A stretch of 64,000 nt of DNA from Acidobacteriota bacterium. Lineage in GTDB: Bacteria; Acidobacteriota; UBA6911; RPQK01; JADFOI01. The stretch spans positions 1,280,001 through 1,344,000 of the forward strand of contig OY760074.1 in NCBI GenBank assembly GCA_963663035.1, given 5' to 3'. The notes beneath the pieces were generated by a model. That model searched no databases. It had not been told where the DNA came from and saw nothing but the letters and a program-made list of their open reading frames with translations. The position numbers and the translations under genes are program-made. Positions 46,077 through 56,186 of the stretch are shown one piece after another (position 1 is the stretch's first letter; every line of letters begins with the position of its first letter).

Positions 46077-47147
46077 CTAACTGGCTTCGATGGGCAGGAG
46101 TATCTCCACCCGCAATCCTAGATCTGATGCGTTGGAGGCCCTCACCGTGCCCCCGTGAAGCCGAATGATTCTTTCAGCGATGGCAAGACCCAGGCCGATT
46201 CCTCCCGACTGACGATCCCGCGCATCGCCGACACGGTAAAAGGGGCGAAACAGTTTTCCCAGAGTGGCTTCCGGCACGCCGGGACCATGATCCCTCACCA
46301 TGATCAGCGCACAGGCTCCCTTGTCCGTCTGTCGACGGCGCAGGCCGACTTCCACCTCAGTTCCCTGGGCAGTGTAACGCAAGCCATTTCGGACGATGTT
46401 TTCGATGGCACTGCGCAAGAGCTTGGTTGAGCCGGTGACGATGCAATCCTCGCTTTCGATGATCCGTACCCTCCGTTTGCTGCTGCCAGCCTCAAAGTCG
46501 GCATCGGCGGTCACTTCGCTCAGCAGGTTCGTCAGAGACACCCTTTCCTGCTGCCCGACCTCTGCATCATTGTCCAATCGAGCAAGTCCCAGCAATTGGC
46601 CAATCAGCTCGTTCATTCGCTCCGCCTCCCGTTCGATGCGGTCCAGCGAAGGTGCGGCTTCCGATCCAGCCCGCTGTCGAGCCAACTCCAGTGCCACATT
46701 GAGGCGGGCCAGCGGCGAACGTAATTCGTGGGAGATGTCACTGAGTAATCGATGCTGTGAGTTGATCAGCCATTCGATCCGCTCGGCCATGAGGTCAAAG
46801 TCCCTCCCCAGGTCAGCAAATTCGTCCCCCCTCTTTTCCAGGGCCGGTCCCACCCGTGCGCTGAGGTCACCCCCGGCCAGCTGTTGCGTTGCCTTTTGTA
46901 ACTTGCTGACGGGAGAAGTCAGGTAACGCGCCAGCCCATAGCAGACCACTCCGCCAGTTATGACGACCACCAGCAGCCTCAGAGCCAGCTCCGCGGGTTG
47001 GGCGGCCAACCTACCCATCCGACGGCCTGGACCTGGAATTTGAGGCTGGAAGCGGGTCCTCTCACCAGAGACTATCAGCAGCACACCCACCAAGGTCATC
47101 GCCAACCAAAACCACAGAAAGATCTTGAGAAAAAGGCTGGGTTTCAT
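46077..47147 (-). CDS. CpxA-like sensor histidine kinase with very short periplasmic loop
   Basis: SLFLKIFLWFW, HAMP, ISHELRSPLARL, ENIVRNG, DHGPG, GLGLAI. Confidence 0.9.
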   Translation of the reverse strand: MKPSLFLKIFLWFWLAMTLVGVLLIVSGERTRFQPQIPGPGRRMGRLAAQPAELALRLLVVVITGGVVCYGLARYLTSPVSKLQKATQQLAGGDLSARVGPALEKRGDEFADLGRDFDLMAERIEWLINSQHRLLSDISHELRSPLARLNVALELARQRAGSEAAPSLDRIEREAERMNELIGQLLGLARLDNDAEVGQQERVSLTNLLSEVTADADFEAGSSKRRVRIIESEDCIVTGSTKLLRSAIENIVRNGLRYTAQGTEVEVGLRRRQTDKGACALIMVRDHGPGVPEATLGKLFRPFYRVGDARDRQSGGIGLGLAIAERIIRLHGGTVRASNASDLGLRVEILLPIEAS

Positions 47148-47155
47148 TGCGGTAT

Positions 47156-47899
47156 TTAATCCGGGCTAGTAGCGTAAAGATATCCCACACTTCTAATCGA
47201 CTTGATGCGCTGGCTGCCATCAGGGTGAGGGCCCAGCTTTCTGCGCAGCTTGCTCACATGCATGTCGATGCTGCGATCAAAGGGAGAGAAGGTTCGCCCC
47301 AAAACACGCTCCACCAGTTCTTCCCGCTTCATGACAGTACCGGCCGTCCGCAAGAATTCCTCCAGGAGATCGAATTCAACGGTGGTCAGCTCTATCGCCT
47401 GTCCGGCGCACTGTACCCTCCTGGTGCCGGTGTCCAGCTCAATGTCCCCCAGTGAAAGGCTCTCCGGCTGGGATGAGACAAAGCCTGATACTTCCTCCTG
47501 GGTCCTTCGCAGGATGGCACGAATACGGGCTACCAGTTCGCGCGGGTTGAAGGGTTTGGGAAGGTAATCGTCGGCCCCAACTTCCAAGCCGACGATTCGA
47601 TCCACCTCCTCACCGCGAGCGGTCAACATGAGAACCGGTATCTGGGATCGGCCGCGAATGCGACGCAAAACTTCGAACCCGTTCATTCCCGGCAACATGA
47701 CGTCCAGAATGATCAGCCTGTAGTCTCCCGAAACCGCCATCTCCACAGCATCCGTGCCGTCGTTGATCGCCTTCACACGAAAACCCTCCGTCTGCAGGTA
47801 TTCGGTGACTAACTCACACAGTTCCACATCGTCGTCAATGACAAGTACGCGTTCTCCGGGCTCCCTTATATTCATGGACTTTGCTGCCATCCGCCTCAT
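47156..47899 (-). CDS. cpxR: CpxR-like OmpR-family response regulator
   Basis: IDDDVELC, LDVMLP, DDYLPKPF, FSPFDRSIDMHVSKLRRKL. Confidence 0.85.
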   Translation of the reverse strand: MRRMAAKSMNIREPGERVLVIDDDVELCELVTEYLQTEGFRVKAINDGTDAVEMAVSGDYRLIILDVMLPGMNGFEVLRRIRGRSQIPVLMLTARGEEVDRIVGLEVGADDYLPKPFNPRELVARIRAILRRTQEEVSGFVSSQPESLSLGDIELDTGTRRVQCAGQAIELTTVEFDLLEEFLRTAGTVMKREELVERVLGRTFSPFDRSIDMHVSKLRRKLGPHPDGSQRIKSIRSVGYLYATSPD

Positions 47900-47925
47900 T
47901 TTACGCCAACTGTTCCCGCCCTTGC

Positions 47926-47992
47926 GTAAAGAAGTGTCAAAGAAATGGGGTGTTCTTTACAAAGCTTTACTGAGCCATTACCAACTCTTGAC
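47926..47992. promoter_or_regulatory. CpxR-type boxes in the divergent promoter
   Basis: GTAAA-N5-GTCAA (47926-47940); TTTAC-N5-TTTAC (47956-47970); further ATTAC and TTGAC half-sites. Confidence 0.7.
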
Positions 47993-48028
47993 ACACATTT
48001 GGACCGATCCTTCGTCTTATATGCCATG

Positions 48029-48178
48029 TAGCCGGGATTATGCATAGGTTTTCGTGACGAAGTGCCGCAGGCGCCGCGATGACAAGGCGTGCGAGGGGTA
48101 CCCGCTTGCGGGTCGCACAACGCAGTCGGCGTGGATGATTGCGGCACTGCAGTAGACAATTTATGCATAATCCCGGCT
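48029..48178 (-). mobile_element. MITE-like repeat, subfamily A
   Basis: TIR AGCCGGGATTATGCATA ... TATGCATAATCCCGGCT; inverse homolog of 24613-24763. Confidence 0.85.
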
Positions 48179-48247
48179 TCTGAGCGCGTCGGGCAGTGGC
48201 GCACGATGCGGGTAAGCGCGGCAAACTAAAAAAGGAGGACTCAAGAG

Positions 48248-48724
48248 ATGAAAAAAATCACGGCAAAAGTTCTAAGCGTGATCCTGTTGGTGGCAACCGG
48301 ATTCCTGTGTGTCGGCATGGCAGCACCACAAGGCGGCGGCGGTCGCACTGGTCGTTCGGCTATCCCTCCACAGAGAGTTGTGGAGAACCTCCCGGGGATA
48401 ACGGCAGATCAGCTGGGCGAGATTGATCTACTGAGGGAAGAAGCAAAGACAACCATGGAGTTCCTTGTGGAGCAGCAACGGGAATTCCGTCAATCTCTCA
48501 GGACTCAACTGGATTTGGAAGCTCCTGACCCGTTTGAGGTTGGGGTTCTTGTCATCTCAGGGCAAGATGTGGCCAAAGAGATTCGCACCAATCAGCAGTA
48601 TTTTCGTGAAACTTTTCAAGCAGTCCTGACATCTGAACAGCTGGATGCACTCAAGGAAATGAATAACAGAATGAACTCGCGTCAACGCCCAGGTCGAAGA
48701 TCAGGCGATTCACCCAAACGGTAA
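48248..48724 (+). CDS. Spy/CpxP-like periplasmic protein
   Basis: Signal peptide; ITADQ and VLTSEQ (LTxxQ) motifs; divergent from cpxRA; AGGAGG RBS. Confidence 0.78.
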   Translation: MKKITAKVLSVILLVATGFLCVGMAAPQGGGGRTGRSAIPPQRVVENLPGITADQLGEIDLLREEAKTTMEFLVEQQREFRQSLRTQLDLEAPDPFEVGVLVISGQDVAKEIRTNQQYFRETFQAVLTSEQLDALKEMNNRMNSRQRPGRRSGDSPKR

Positions 48725-48785
48725 ATGATGGCCGGCCCAGACGCAGCCCCAAGAACTTCGAGTTGGCAAGGAGGAAAATTCAACC

Positions 48786-50195
48786 ATGAGAGAGAAAAAT
48801 CCTAATGCAAGAAGAATCTTCGCTGTAGGGCTGAGCGGCCTTCTCGTTTGGACAAACCTGTGGGTCTCCTGGGCCGCAGTGGAGACCCTTCCGCCCTTGA
48901 CCGATCTGGTCAGGGAGCCCTATCTGGTCCTTTTGGAACGGGCTCCCGACTGGAACTTCTCCAAAGAAGAACTGAAGGCGTTCAGAAAGGAGCTCGAAAA
49001 CCAGGAAAAAGCAGAAAAGAAGCAGCTCGAGCAAGCAGAGAAGGACTTGAAGCAGGAAGTCAAGGCTTTGCGGAAGCAGCTGGATGAGCTCAACAAGGGC
49101 AATTCCCGCGACAACCCGGAGATGACCCTGCAAAGGAATGAGCTTCACTGCCAGATTCTCTCACTTGAAGCGCAACAAGGCGCTAAGAAGGCAGAGCGCG
49201 AGCACGGGGTTCCCGTGGCCTTTGACAACAAATTGGCCAAACTGGACCTCATAGAGGACTGGCCCAGCCGGAGAGCTGAGATTGACCGAATTTTGGAGTC
49301 GGGAGAAGCCCGCAAGCGCCGTTTCGGCGATGTGGAGGACATCGGCATTCGAGTGCTGAGAGAGGGCCAGGAAAAAGACATCAAAGTCGGCAAAGAAGCC
49401 ATGAGAGATATGAGGTCGTCCGGATTGATGCCGCCAGAAGTGGACGATGAGGAGCTGACAGCTTACGTTAGCGAGTTGGCCAAGAACATTGCCGACCATT
49501 CGGATCTGCAGGTTCCACTGCACCTGACGGTGCTGGCCAGTGAAGAAATCAATGCTTTCGCGCTGCCAGGAGGCTACCTGTTTGTGAATACGGGCCTGAT
49601 CGAAAAGGCCGACACAGAATCGGAATTGGCTGGTGTCCTTGCCCATGAGATAGCCCATGTGACCGCACGCCATGGAGCCCGCTTGATGAAAAAGGCCAAC
49701 ATCTTCAACGTCCTCTTTCAGGCTGCCCAGGTGGCGGCTATGGTCTTCACCGGAGGTGCGGTTGGAATTGGGACGTATTATGCCCTGCAGTACGGTTTTT
49801 TTGGCCTGGGTCTGGCGCTGAATCTGAGCATGCTGGGAGTCAGCCGTGATTTTGAGCAAGAAGCCGATCAGCTAGGGGCCCAATACGGCTGGAATGCGGG
49901 CTACGATCCCAAGGGATTCATCAGCTTCTTCGATAAGATGGCCAGCGAACAGGGCTTTGTTCAATCGGCCAGTTTCTTCCGAACTCATCCACCCTTCTTT
50001 GAGCGAATTGTGAGCACGTTCAGTGAGATAGAATACCTGCCTCCACAGAGGGACGATCTCATCTATGACTCAACGGGCTTTCGTGAAGCCCAGGAGAGGA
50101 TTCGCACGGTCATGGAGGATGACTCATGGAAGACACAGGAAAGACCAACCCTGCGGAAGGGTCCTCAGTGCGATGAGGCACCTGCAACCCCTTAA
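48786..50195 (+). CDS. M48-family metalloprotease (BepA-like) with N-terminal coiled coil
   Basis: [30 protein letters not shown]. Confidence 0.88.
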   Translation: MREKNPNARRIFAVGLSGLLVWTNLWVSWAAVETLPPLTDLVREPYLVLLERAPDWNFSKEELKAFRKELENQEKAEKKQLEQAEKDLKQEVKALRKQLDELNKGNSRDNPEMTLQRNELHCQILSLEAQQGAKKAEREHGVPVAFDNKLAKLDLIEDWPSRRAEIDRILESGEARKRRFGDVEDIGIRVLREGQEKDIKVGKEAMRDMRSSGLMPPEVDDEELTAYVSELAKNIADHSDLQVPLHLTVLASEEINAFALPGGYLFVNTGLIEKADTESELAGVLAHEIAHVTARHGARLMKKANIFNVLFQAAQVAAMVFTGGAVGIGTYYALQYGFFGLGLALNLSMLGVSRDFEQEADQLGAQYGWNAGYDPKGFISFFDKMASEQGFVQSASFFRTHPPFFERIVSTFSEIEYLPPQRDDLIYDSTGFREAQERIRTVMEDDSWKTQERPTLRKGPQCDEAPATP

Positions 50196-50200
50196 GAAGT

Positions 50201-50228
50201 GTAGGGGCGCACGTCTGTGCGCCCCTAC
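50201..50228. repeat. Perfect GTAG-initiated palindrome (REP-like; possible terminator)
   Basis: GTAGGGGCGCAC-GTCT-GTGCGCCCCTAC directly after the M48 stop codon. Confidence 0.7.
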
Positions 50229-50426
50229 CTTTCTTCATAACAATCAATCAGCCTACGGAACCACCACCCAGAATGTGGGAGGCACCTCAGGTGTAAAGTG
50301 CCAGCACATGGTTTACAAGTTGTGCCATGACATCCTTTACACTTTTATTGGTTCCTCTCCACGCGATTCGAATCCTTTATGGGCTTCAGGAAGCTGGTGA
50401 CTCGGTCGGTCCGTAGATCAATCTGA

Positions 50427-52457
50427 TTACGGAACTACATCGAAGTCGCGGACGAGAAGATGGGTCTGGCTGTCCTGGGCACGAACTTCCACAACCAATC
50501 GATATCTTCCCAACTGCAGTTGATTGAGGGCAAGCCGGGCATTGACCTCCAGCCAGTCTTCGGGGCCGGGCACCAAGGGCTTCCAGTCACTTTCAAAGAG
50601 GCTCTCCTGGGCCCCGTCCTGTAGATTAATTCGATACTCTCCGGACGCGGATTCCCCTTCGAGTCCGACCTTCCCATGGAGATAGAGGGTCTCCATGCGC
50701 GTGAATTTCGCATTGATACGGGAAATCAACACTCGATCCCCGACCTCCAGGGGATTCTTCAGGATAGTGACGTGCTCGCCGATGCTGATCCGATAGCCTG
50801 ATTGAGAGTCCGACTCTTTCCACCCCCCGGCCAAAACCAGTGAACTCAGTGGAACCGGCCCAACAGGAGGTAACTCCAGCGGGCGAACCGCTTGCGACAT
50901 CAGGCCGGTCCGATTGTCCCTCACATAGGCGCTGAGCTGGTACTGTCCGGGGTCCAGCAGCAAAAGATTTTCGTAGACGAAACGGATCTTGGCATCTTTC
51001 TCGACTCGTCGGATCTCCACCTTGTCGCGAACTCCGGCACTGGTTCTCCCCAGCGAATCCCGAGCCAGCAGGATCACCTCCAGGTCCAGTTCCCGAGCTC
51101 CCGACAGCTGACTGAGCTGGGCGTGGTTAAAGCCCAGCAGAATCGGAACCTGGTATTGGCCCAATGAATCCGGGAAGTACTCGGCGGATATCTCCAGCGG
51201 AAAGTCCGAGACGGGCACCTCTTCCACAACCGTCTGGAGTAGTCTGAACTCCCTTTCCGCAGCGCTCAGACTTCTATAGGGCCTATCCGCGTAATAGCCA
51301 GTTCGGTATTCCAGACTGGCATAGCTGGGCTCGGTGCGAACTTCGATTCTTCGAAAGCGCCCATCGCTGGGAGGAGCGGGAGTGGAGTAGCCGATCAGAT
51401 AGTAGTGACTGGCGTCCTCGCGGGCCTGTTGGAAAATTTTTGAAAGGTCGTTGTCATCGACCAGAGCAGCTCCTCCGGTATCCGCAGCAAGGGTAATCAA
51501 CGCCTCTTGGGACTGGGTCAGGCTGACCAGCTGATTGAGGGCTGCTCTTCCATTGAAGATTCCACTGCCGCCTCCTGCTCGGTGGGCGCCTCCCCCGGGA
51601 GAGAGGGCTACCAGTCCCCTTGCGTCCACCGAGTAAATACTGATGTTGGCGCGGTTGGACAAATCAGTCGTCAAGCGCATTTCCTCCTGGTTTTCAATCC
51701 CCCGCATGGTGAGGCCGGAAGAGAAATAGAGAAGAGCCTTTCGTCCCAGAACATCGCGAAAAGCTTCCGCCACGGACTGAATGGCACTGAGCTCCCGGTT
51801 GGTCTCAAACAGTGCGAACTCGGTTTCATCGGCGATGAATTCAGAATTCGAGTCCTGCTCAGAGGCGGCTTCCTCTTCCGGAAGTGAGAGCTCGAGCTCG
51901 GGGTTCCCTTCAGTCAAACCGCCCAGGACCTGGCTCAAGAGGACCCGGTCGGATGTGAAATCGGTGAGCATCTCCAATCCATTGTTGAACACCAGCACAG
52001 CAGCTGCATCATCCTCGTTGAAGTCCTCTTCCAGAAACCGCTGGGATGCCCTTCCCATCATCTGGATGTCCTGCAATCCGGCTGAGGAGAGGTTGAAGAG
52101 CAGTATGAGGAGTCGTTTCTCAGGGGCCACGGCCTGTGGAGAATCCGCTGCCACAGGCGTGGGCGCAGACGTGGTCTCGGAAGGCACCTCAGGAGGGGTC
52201 GTTAAAGGCAGGGCGATCTCTTGAAAGTAGCTGATCTCCTGGAGCACTCCTTCTTCCCAAATGCTAAAATCCTTCGCCTCCAGACCGGTGATGGGGCGAC
52301 CCTGCGAGTCACGCACGCGGACATCGACCAGAATAAGATTGGAGGACACTCGAAAGCGCACGGGCGGCTCTTGAGCGAAGACCCCTGTGCCCAGAACCAG
52401 GAGAAAGAGCCCACCAGCGAGACAATGATAAACGAACCGCAACATCCTATCGTCCAA
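50427..52457 (-). CDS. VWA-domain protein (Acidobacteria type)
   Basis: FRVSSNLILVDVRVRD, GRKALLYFSSG, IYSVDARGL, LAADTGG, YYLIGY. Confidence 0.85.
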   Translation of the reverse strand: MDDRMLRFVYHCLAGGLFLLVLGTGVFAQEPPVRFRVSSNLILVDVRVRDSQGRPITGLEAKDFSIWEEGVLQEISYFQEIALPLTTPPEVPSETTSAPTPVAADSPQAVAPEKRLLILLFNLSSAGLQDIQMMGRASQRFLEEDFNEDDAAAVLVFNNGLEMLTDFTSDRVLLSQVLGGLTEGNPELELSLPEEEAASEQDSNSEFIADETEFALFETNRELSAIQSVAEAFRDVLGRKALLYFSSGLTMRGIENQEEMRLTTDLSNRANISIYSVDARGLVALSPGGGAHRAGGGSGIFNGRAALNQLVSLTQSQEALITLAADTGGAALVDDNDLSKIFQQAREDASHYYLIGYSTPAPPSDGRFRRIEVRTEPSYASLEYRTGYYADRPYRSLSAAEREFRLLQTVVEEVPVSDFPLEISAEYFPDSLGQYQVPILLGFNHAQLSQLSGARELDLEVILLARDSLGRTSAGVRDKVEIRRVEKDAKIRFVYENLLLLDPGQYQLSAYVRDNRTGLMSQAVRPLELPPVGPVPLSSLVLAGGWKESDSQSGYRISIGEHVTILKNPLEVGDRVLISRINAKFTRMETLYLHGKVGLEGESASGEYRINLQDGAQESLFESDWKPLVPGPEDWLEVNARLALNQLQLGRYRLVVEVRAQDSQTHLLVRDFDVVP

Positions 52458-52463
52458 AATGGT

Positions 52464-55400
52464 TTAAAACATGAAGCGAAGATTGAGCCGGATTTGACGC
52501 ATGGAACCGGCCGATGTGACTTTCCCAAAGCCAATGGAGTTCACCACCGTATTCAGCCCACGATAATTGACCTGATTGAAAAGGTTGGAGGCCTCGACCG
52601 TGATCACCAGACGTTGGCTTTCCCCCTTCAGCAGAATCGACCGAGCCAGGTTCAAGTCAACAGTCCAGGAGCCGGGACCGCTGATGGTATTGCGCCCGGC
52701 GTCCCCAAAGGTACCGGGATCCGGCAGTCGAAAGGCATCGGTGTTGAACCACTCCTGTGAGCTGCGTTGCGAGGAGGGCAGGTCCACCTCTTCACCCGTG
52801 ACGCTGGCTCGTTCGCTGGCCTGAGAACCAGTGCCACTGTTGTTGATCTGGTTTCCCAGAACACGGGCAGTAAGAGGACGTCCGCTGGTGGCCCGGATGG
52901 TGCCGGTGACAAACCAGTTGCTCAGGATGGGGCTGAGCCAGACCGAATCCCGAAACCATCGATGACGTTGACCAAAGGGAAGTTCCAGGAACCAGTTCAG
53001 TCGAACTTTATGCCTTTCATCAGAAGAAGAGAGTCCAAATTCAGAATCCAGATCATCATCGTTTTGAGCCACCGTACTCCCACTACCGGCAAGTGAAGAT
53101 GCGTTGTCCAGAGTTTTGCCCAGCTCGTACTGAGCGCTCACAGAAAATCCGCTCCGCATCCGCCTCCTTGCCAGCAGTTGAAGCCCATGAAAAGCCGAGG
53201 ATGCACCCGATGTCAGATACAGGAACTGGGCCGCATTGGCGATTCGCTGGTCTCCATCAACGACCCGATTGGGTGCTCGCAGCAGCTCCAGGCCCGTCCC
53301 ACGCGACCCGGAATAACCAACGCTCAGAAAAAAGCTGTGGGGAAGTGTTTGCTGCCAGGAAAGGTTCCAGTTCTGAACGGAGGAGAGGCGAAAACGTGGA
53401 TCGACGGCATAGGTGTTGGAGACTTCCTGGACGAGTTCATCAGAGAAAGCCTCCTGAATTTCCAGAAAATTTCGCCCTTCCACAGTTTCCTGTACAGCAA
53501 AACCAAAGGGGGGCTGCGAGATCAGTTCATTGGCCAGGGAATTGTACGACCCATCGGGATAAAAGACGCCGTAGTTGGCTCTCAATACCGCGGCCAATCC
53601 TCCCGACCTCATTCGGTAAGCCAGGGCAACGCGGGGGGCTATGTTATTGCGGTCATCCCTGATCAGGGCGCGCGGATACTCCCCGAAGAAGGTCCCGCTG
53701 CTTCCGGGAATCACCGTCTCAGCCTGGCTGAATCCCGGCCCCACATCCAGATTGGATAGACGATCGTAGCGCTCGACCCAGGGTGAGGTATATTGATATC
53801 GCAGTCCCCACTGCAGGGTGAGACTGGAGTTGACTCTCCAGTTGTCGTTGAGGAACAAACTCAAGTTCCGGCTGCGCAGATAGTGATCACTGTTGCCGTA
53901 CTGGATGCGGCTGCTGTGGGCCAACCCCAACAGAAAATCGGCAAAGTCATAGCCCGTGCCGGCCACAGGATTATCGCCGACATAGAAGCTGGTCGCCACT
54001 CCGGCAAAAGTCTGAGAACCCGTGCCTTCAGGATTGGCCAGGTTGTTCCTTCGATTCCAGCCCATATCACCGCCCATGCGAAAAGAATGAGTTCCCTTCA
54101 CCCACTGCAGGTTGTCGCTGATGGTGTTCGAATCGCGTACGGTCAATGATGAGCTCCCGTCCCTGAGAGCAGTGTAGTTCGTGAACTGGATGGTGGGTAA
54201 GCCGTAATCGATCGGCTCGGGCGAGGTGTTGTCGATCCCAAGTTCAGCGCTGACATTGCGTTGGTGAGTAAAGGGATTGAGGTTTTCGTTTCGGTTGCGG
54301 TTCCAGCGCAGCCTCAGATTGTGAAGAAAGCCGGGTGCAAACGTCTGGTTGAGGCTTAAAGAGACATTCTGACCGCGTCCACTCCGTTCACCGCTTAGGT
54401 CTGGGAAGACGTTGAAAGTGTCAGAGCGGGTTCGACTGAAGTTATAGGAACCGGTCAGGCGCATAGACTCGGATAGGGGTGAGTTGAGACGGACGTTGAG
54501 CCGCTCGCGAGTGTTGTCCAGCGACTGTTGGTTGAGAAAGTTGAGAAAAGGTTCTTCGCGGTTTGGTAGGGGAATGAATTCCAGCAGTCCCAGCGCGGCT
54601 GAGTTCATCTGTTGGAGGGGGATGGCTGCATCGAGATAAGCTGCTCCCGTGAGAGGATCGAAAACCTCAACCGGAGTCCCTGCCAATGGGCCAGACGGGT
54701 AATGGGTCTGCGAGAAATCACCCTGGCGCTCCAGCAGGGTGGGCACAGATGCGTATTGGCTCTGCAGCTGCTGGCCTCGATTGGTGTTAAAATCCACAAA
54801 AAAGGAAGAGGCCCGCCTTCTCGACGCAGAAGGATTTCCAGAGGAGCTGGGTCTGGAGAGGGGCCCTCCCACTGAGACGCCCGCCCTCCAGGAGAAGTAG
54901 TCGGGTTCAGTTGTCTCGCCCCCGTCCAGTGAGTAGGGTTGAGCATCCAGCGCCGAAGAGGACATTCCCGAGGTGAAGCTGCCCTGGAGCCGATTGGCTC
55001 GGGAACCCGCAATACGGGCACCTCGTAAACCACCTCGGCCTCCTCCCTGCCCACCCAGGAGACGGCTCATGATGGCCCCTTCCCCGCGTCCCCCCCTGGC
55101 ATCGCCCCGCACCGAGGCGCCTTCAATGAGAACCTCGGTGACTTCTTCTGCCTCGAAGCTCTCTTCCTGGCTGGAGAGGCCTTCTGGATTGATGCGGATC
55201 TCTGCAAAGGGGTCTTCCTCCACAGGAGCTTCTCTGCGTTGTGGTCTGGGCGGCCTGGATTCACCACCGGTCTCCGCGGTGAAGAATCCCGCCTCAAATG
55301 AGAGATCCCACTGGTAGTTCTGCCAGGTGGTTGAAACCTCCATCGCCACGCCCAGCCCCCCCCGGCCGCCAGGGCGACCGCCTCTTCCCAGGTTCCCGTT

Positions 55401-56051
55401 CGAGTTGCCGCCTCTCGGAGCAACGCCGCCGCGAGTCATCTTGAGACTCCGAACGCGGGGCACGGTGATCTCCTTTTCCGGATTCCAGGCCAGGTCCAGC
55501 ATCAGCTGTGCATCTGAGACGACGGCTCCCATGCCGAAGCGAAGCTCCACCCGGAGTGGCATGCCAGACTCCTCATCGACCCAGAGTCTCCCTTCTTCCA
55601 CCCGAAGGCCCGGAATGCTGGGATGAATGCGAATTTCGATGGCGTCAGTTGAATCCAGGCGGGCGGGTCCGATCACCTCCGCGTCTTCAAGAATCGTCCC
55701 CACAGCCAATAGATCCGGGCCTGGGAGCTGGGGAAGAAGGTTATCCAGGCGTCTCCTTCCCGCGCCAGCGGGCCCCGCCCCGTAATTCACCGGGACACCG
55801 TTGCGCCGCAAGCTGATGAAATCCTGTCTGAATTCCCCGGGAAGGCCCACAAAGTGACGATCCCGAGACTCCAGTTCCTGCCTTCCATTGGGAACTTCTA
55901 TCCGGGAGTGGCTCTGGACCTCCACCGAGTAGTGGCTCAAGAGTTCCTTCCTGAGCTCCAAGGCTTGGCGGGCTCGCTCCAGAACCTCAGAATCCTCGGT
56001 GGCTGGAAGGGACAGACCGAGGAACAGCACTAACAGCTGGGAATACGGCAT
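52464..56051 (-). CDS. TonB-dependent-receptor-like barrel with an atypical N-terminal domain
   Basis: VPTLLERQGDFS, DNWRV, APRVALAY, FGDAGRNTISGPG, terminal LRFMF; likely start MPYSQ. Confidence 0.8.
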   Translation of the reverse strand: MPYSQLLVLFLGLSLPATEDSEVLERARQALELRKELLSHYSVEVQSHSRIEVPNGRQELESRDRHFVGLPGEFRQDFISLRRNGVPVNYGAGPAGAGRRRLDNLLPQLPGPDLLAVGTILEDAEVIGPARLDSTDAIEIRIHPSIPGLRVEEGRLWVDEESGMPLRVELRFGMGAVVSDAQLMLDLAWNPEKEITVPRVRSLKMTRGGVAPRGGNSNGNLGRGGRPGGRGGLGVAMEVSTTWQNYQWDLSFEAGFFTAETGGESRPPRPQRREAPVEEDPFAEIRINPEGLSSQEESFEAEEVTEVLIEGASVRGDARGGRGEGAIMSRLLGGQGGGRGGLRGARIAGSRANRLQGSFTSGMSSSALDAQPYSLDGGETTEPDYFSWRAGVSVGGPLSRPSSSGNPSASRRRASSFFVDFNTNRGQQLQSQYASVPTLLERQGDFSQTHYPSGPLAGTPVEVFDPLTGAAYLDAAIPLQQMNSAALGLLEFIPLPNREEPFLNFLNQQSLDNTRERLNVRLNSPLSESMRLTGSYNFSRTRSDTFNVFPDLSGERSGRGQNVSLSLNQTFAPGFLHNLRLRWNRNRNENLNPFTHQRNVSAELGIDNTSPEPIDYGLPTIQFTNYTALRDGSSSLTVRDSNTISDNLQWVKGTHSFRMGGDMGWNRRNNLANPEGTGSQTFAGVATSFYVGDNPVAGTGYDFADFLLGLAHSSRIQYGNSDHYLRSRNLSLFLNDNWRVNSSLTLQWGLRYQYTSPWVERYDRLSNLDVGPGFSQAETVIPGSSGTFFGEYPRALIRDDRNNIAPRVALAYRMRSGGLAAVLRANYGVFYPDGSYNSLANELISQPPFGFAVQETVEGRNFLEIQEAFSDELVQEVSNTYAVDPRFRLSSVQNWNLSWQQTLPHSFFLSVGYSGSRGTGLELLRAPNRVVDGDQRIANAAQFLYLTSGASSAFHGLQLLARRRMRSGFSVSAQYELGKTLDNASSLAGSGSTVAQNDDDLDSEFGLSSSDERHKVRLNWFLELPFGQRHRWFRDSVWLSPILSNWFVTGTIRATSGRPLTARVLGNQINNSGTGSQASERASVTGEEVDLPSSQRSSQEWFNTDAFRLPDPGTFGDAGRNTISGPGSWTVDLNLARSILLKGESQRLVITVEASNLFNQVNYRGLNTVVNSIGFGKVTSAGSMRQIRLNLRFMF

Positions 56052-56186
56052 GAAACACACTTCTTTAACTGCGACAGGTGGGATTGGGTTAGCAACAGCT
56101 TCCTCCTTCAGAGAGGTTCCACGTTCGCCTTTGTTCAATGGTCATAGTACCACGGGAAGTTTGGCGTTCCTGGATTTGCTCAACGA

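Noticed and set aside
47896-48224. ORFs spanning MITEs (also 57345-57665)
   Set aside because: They are translations of repeat sequence.
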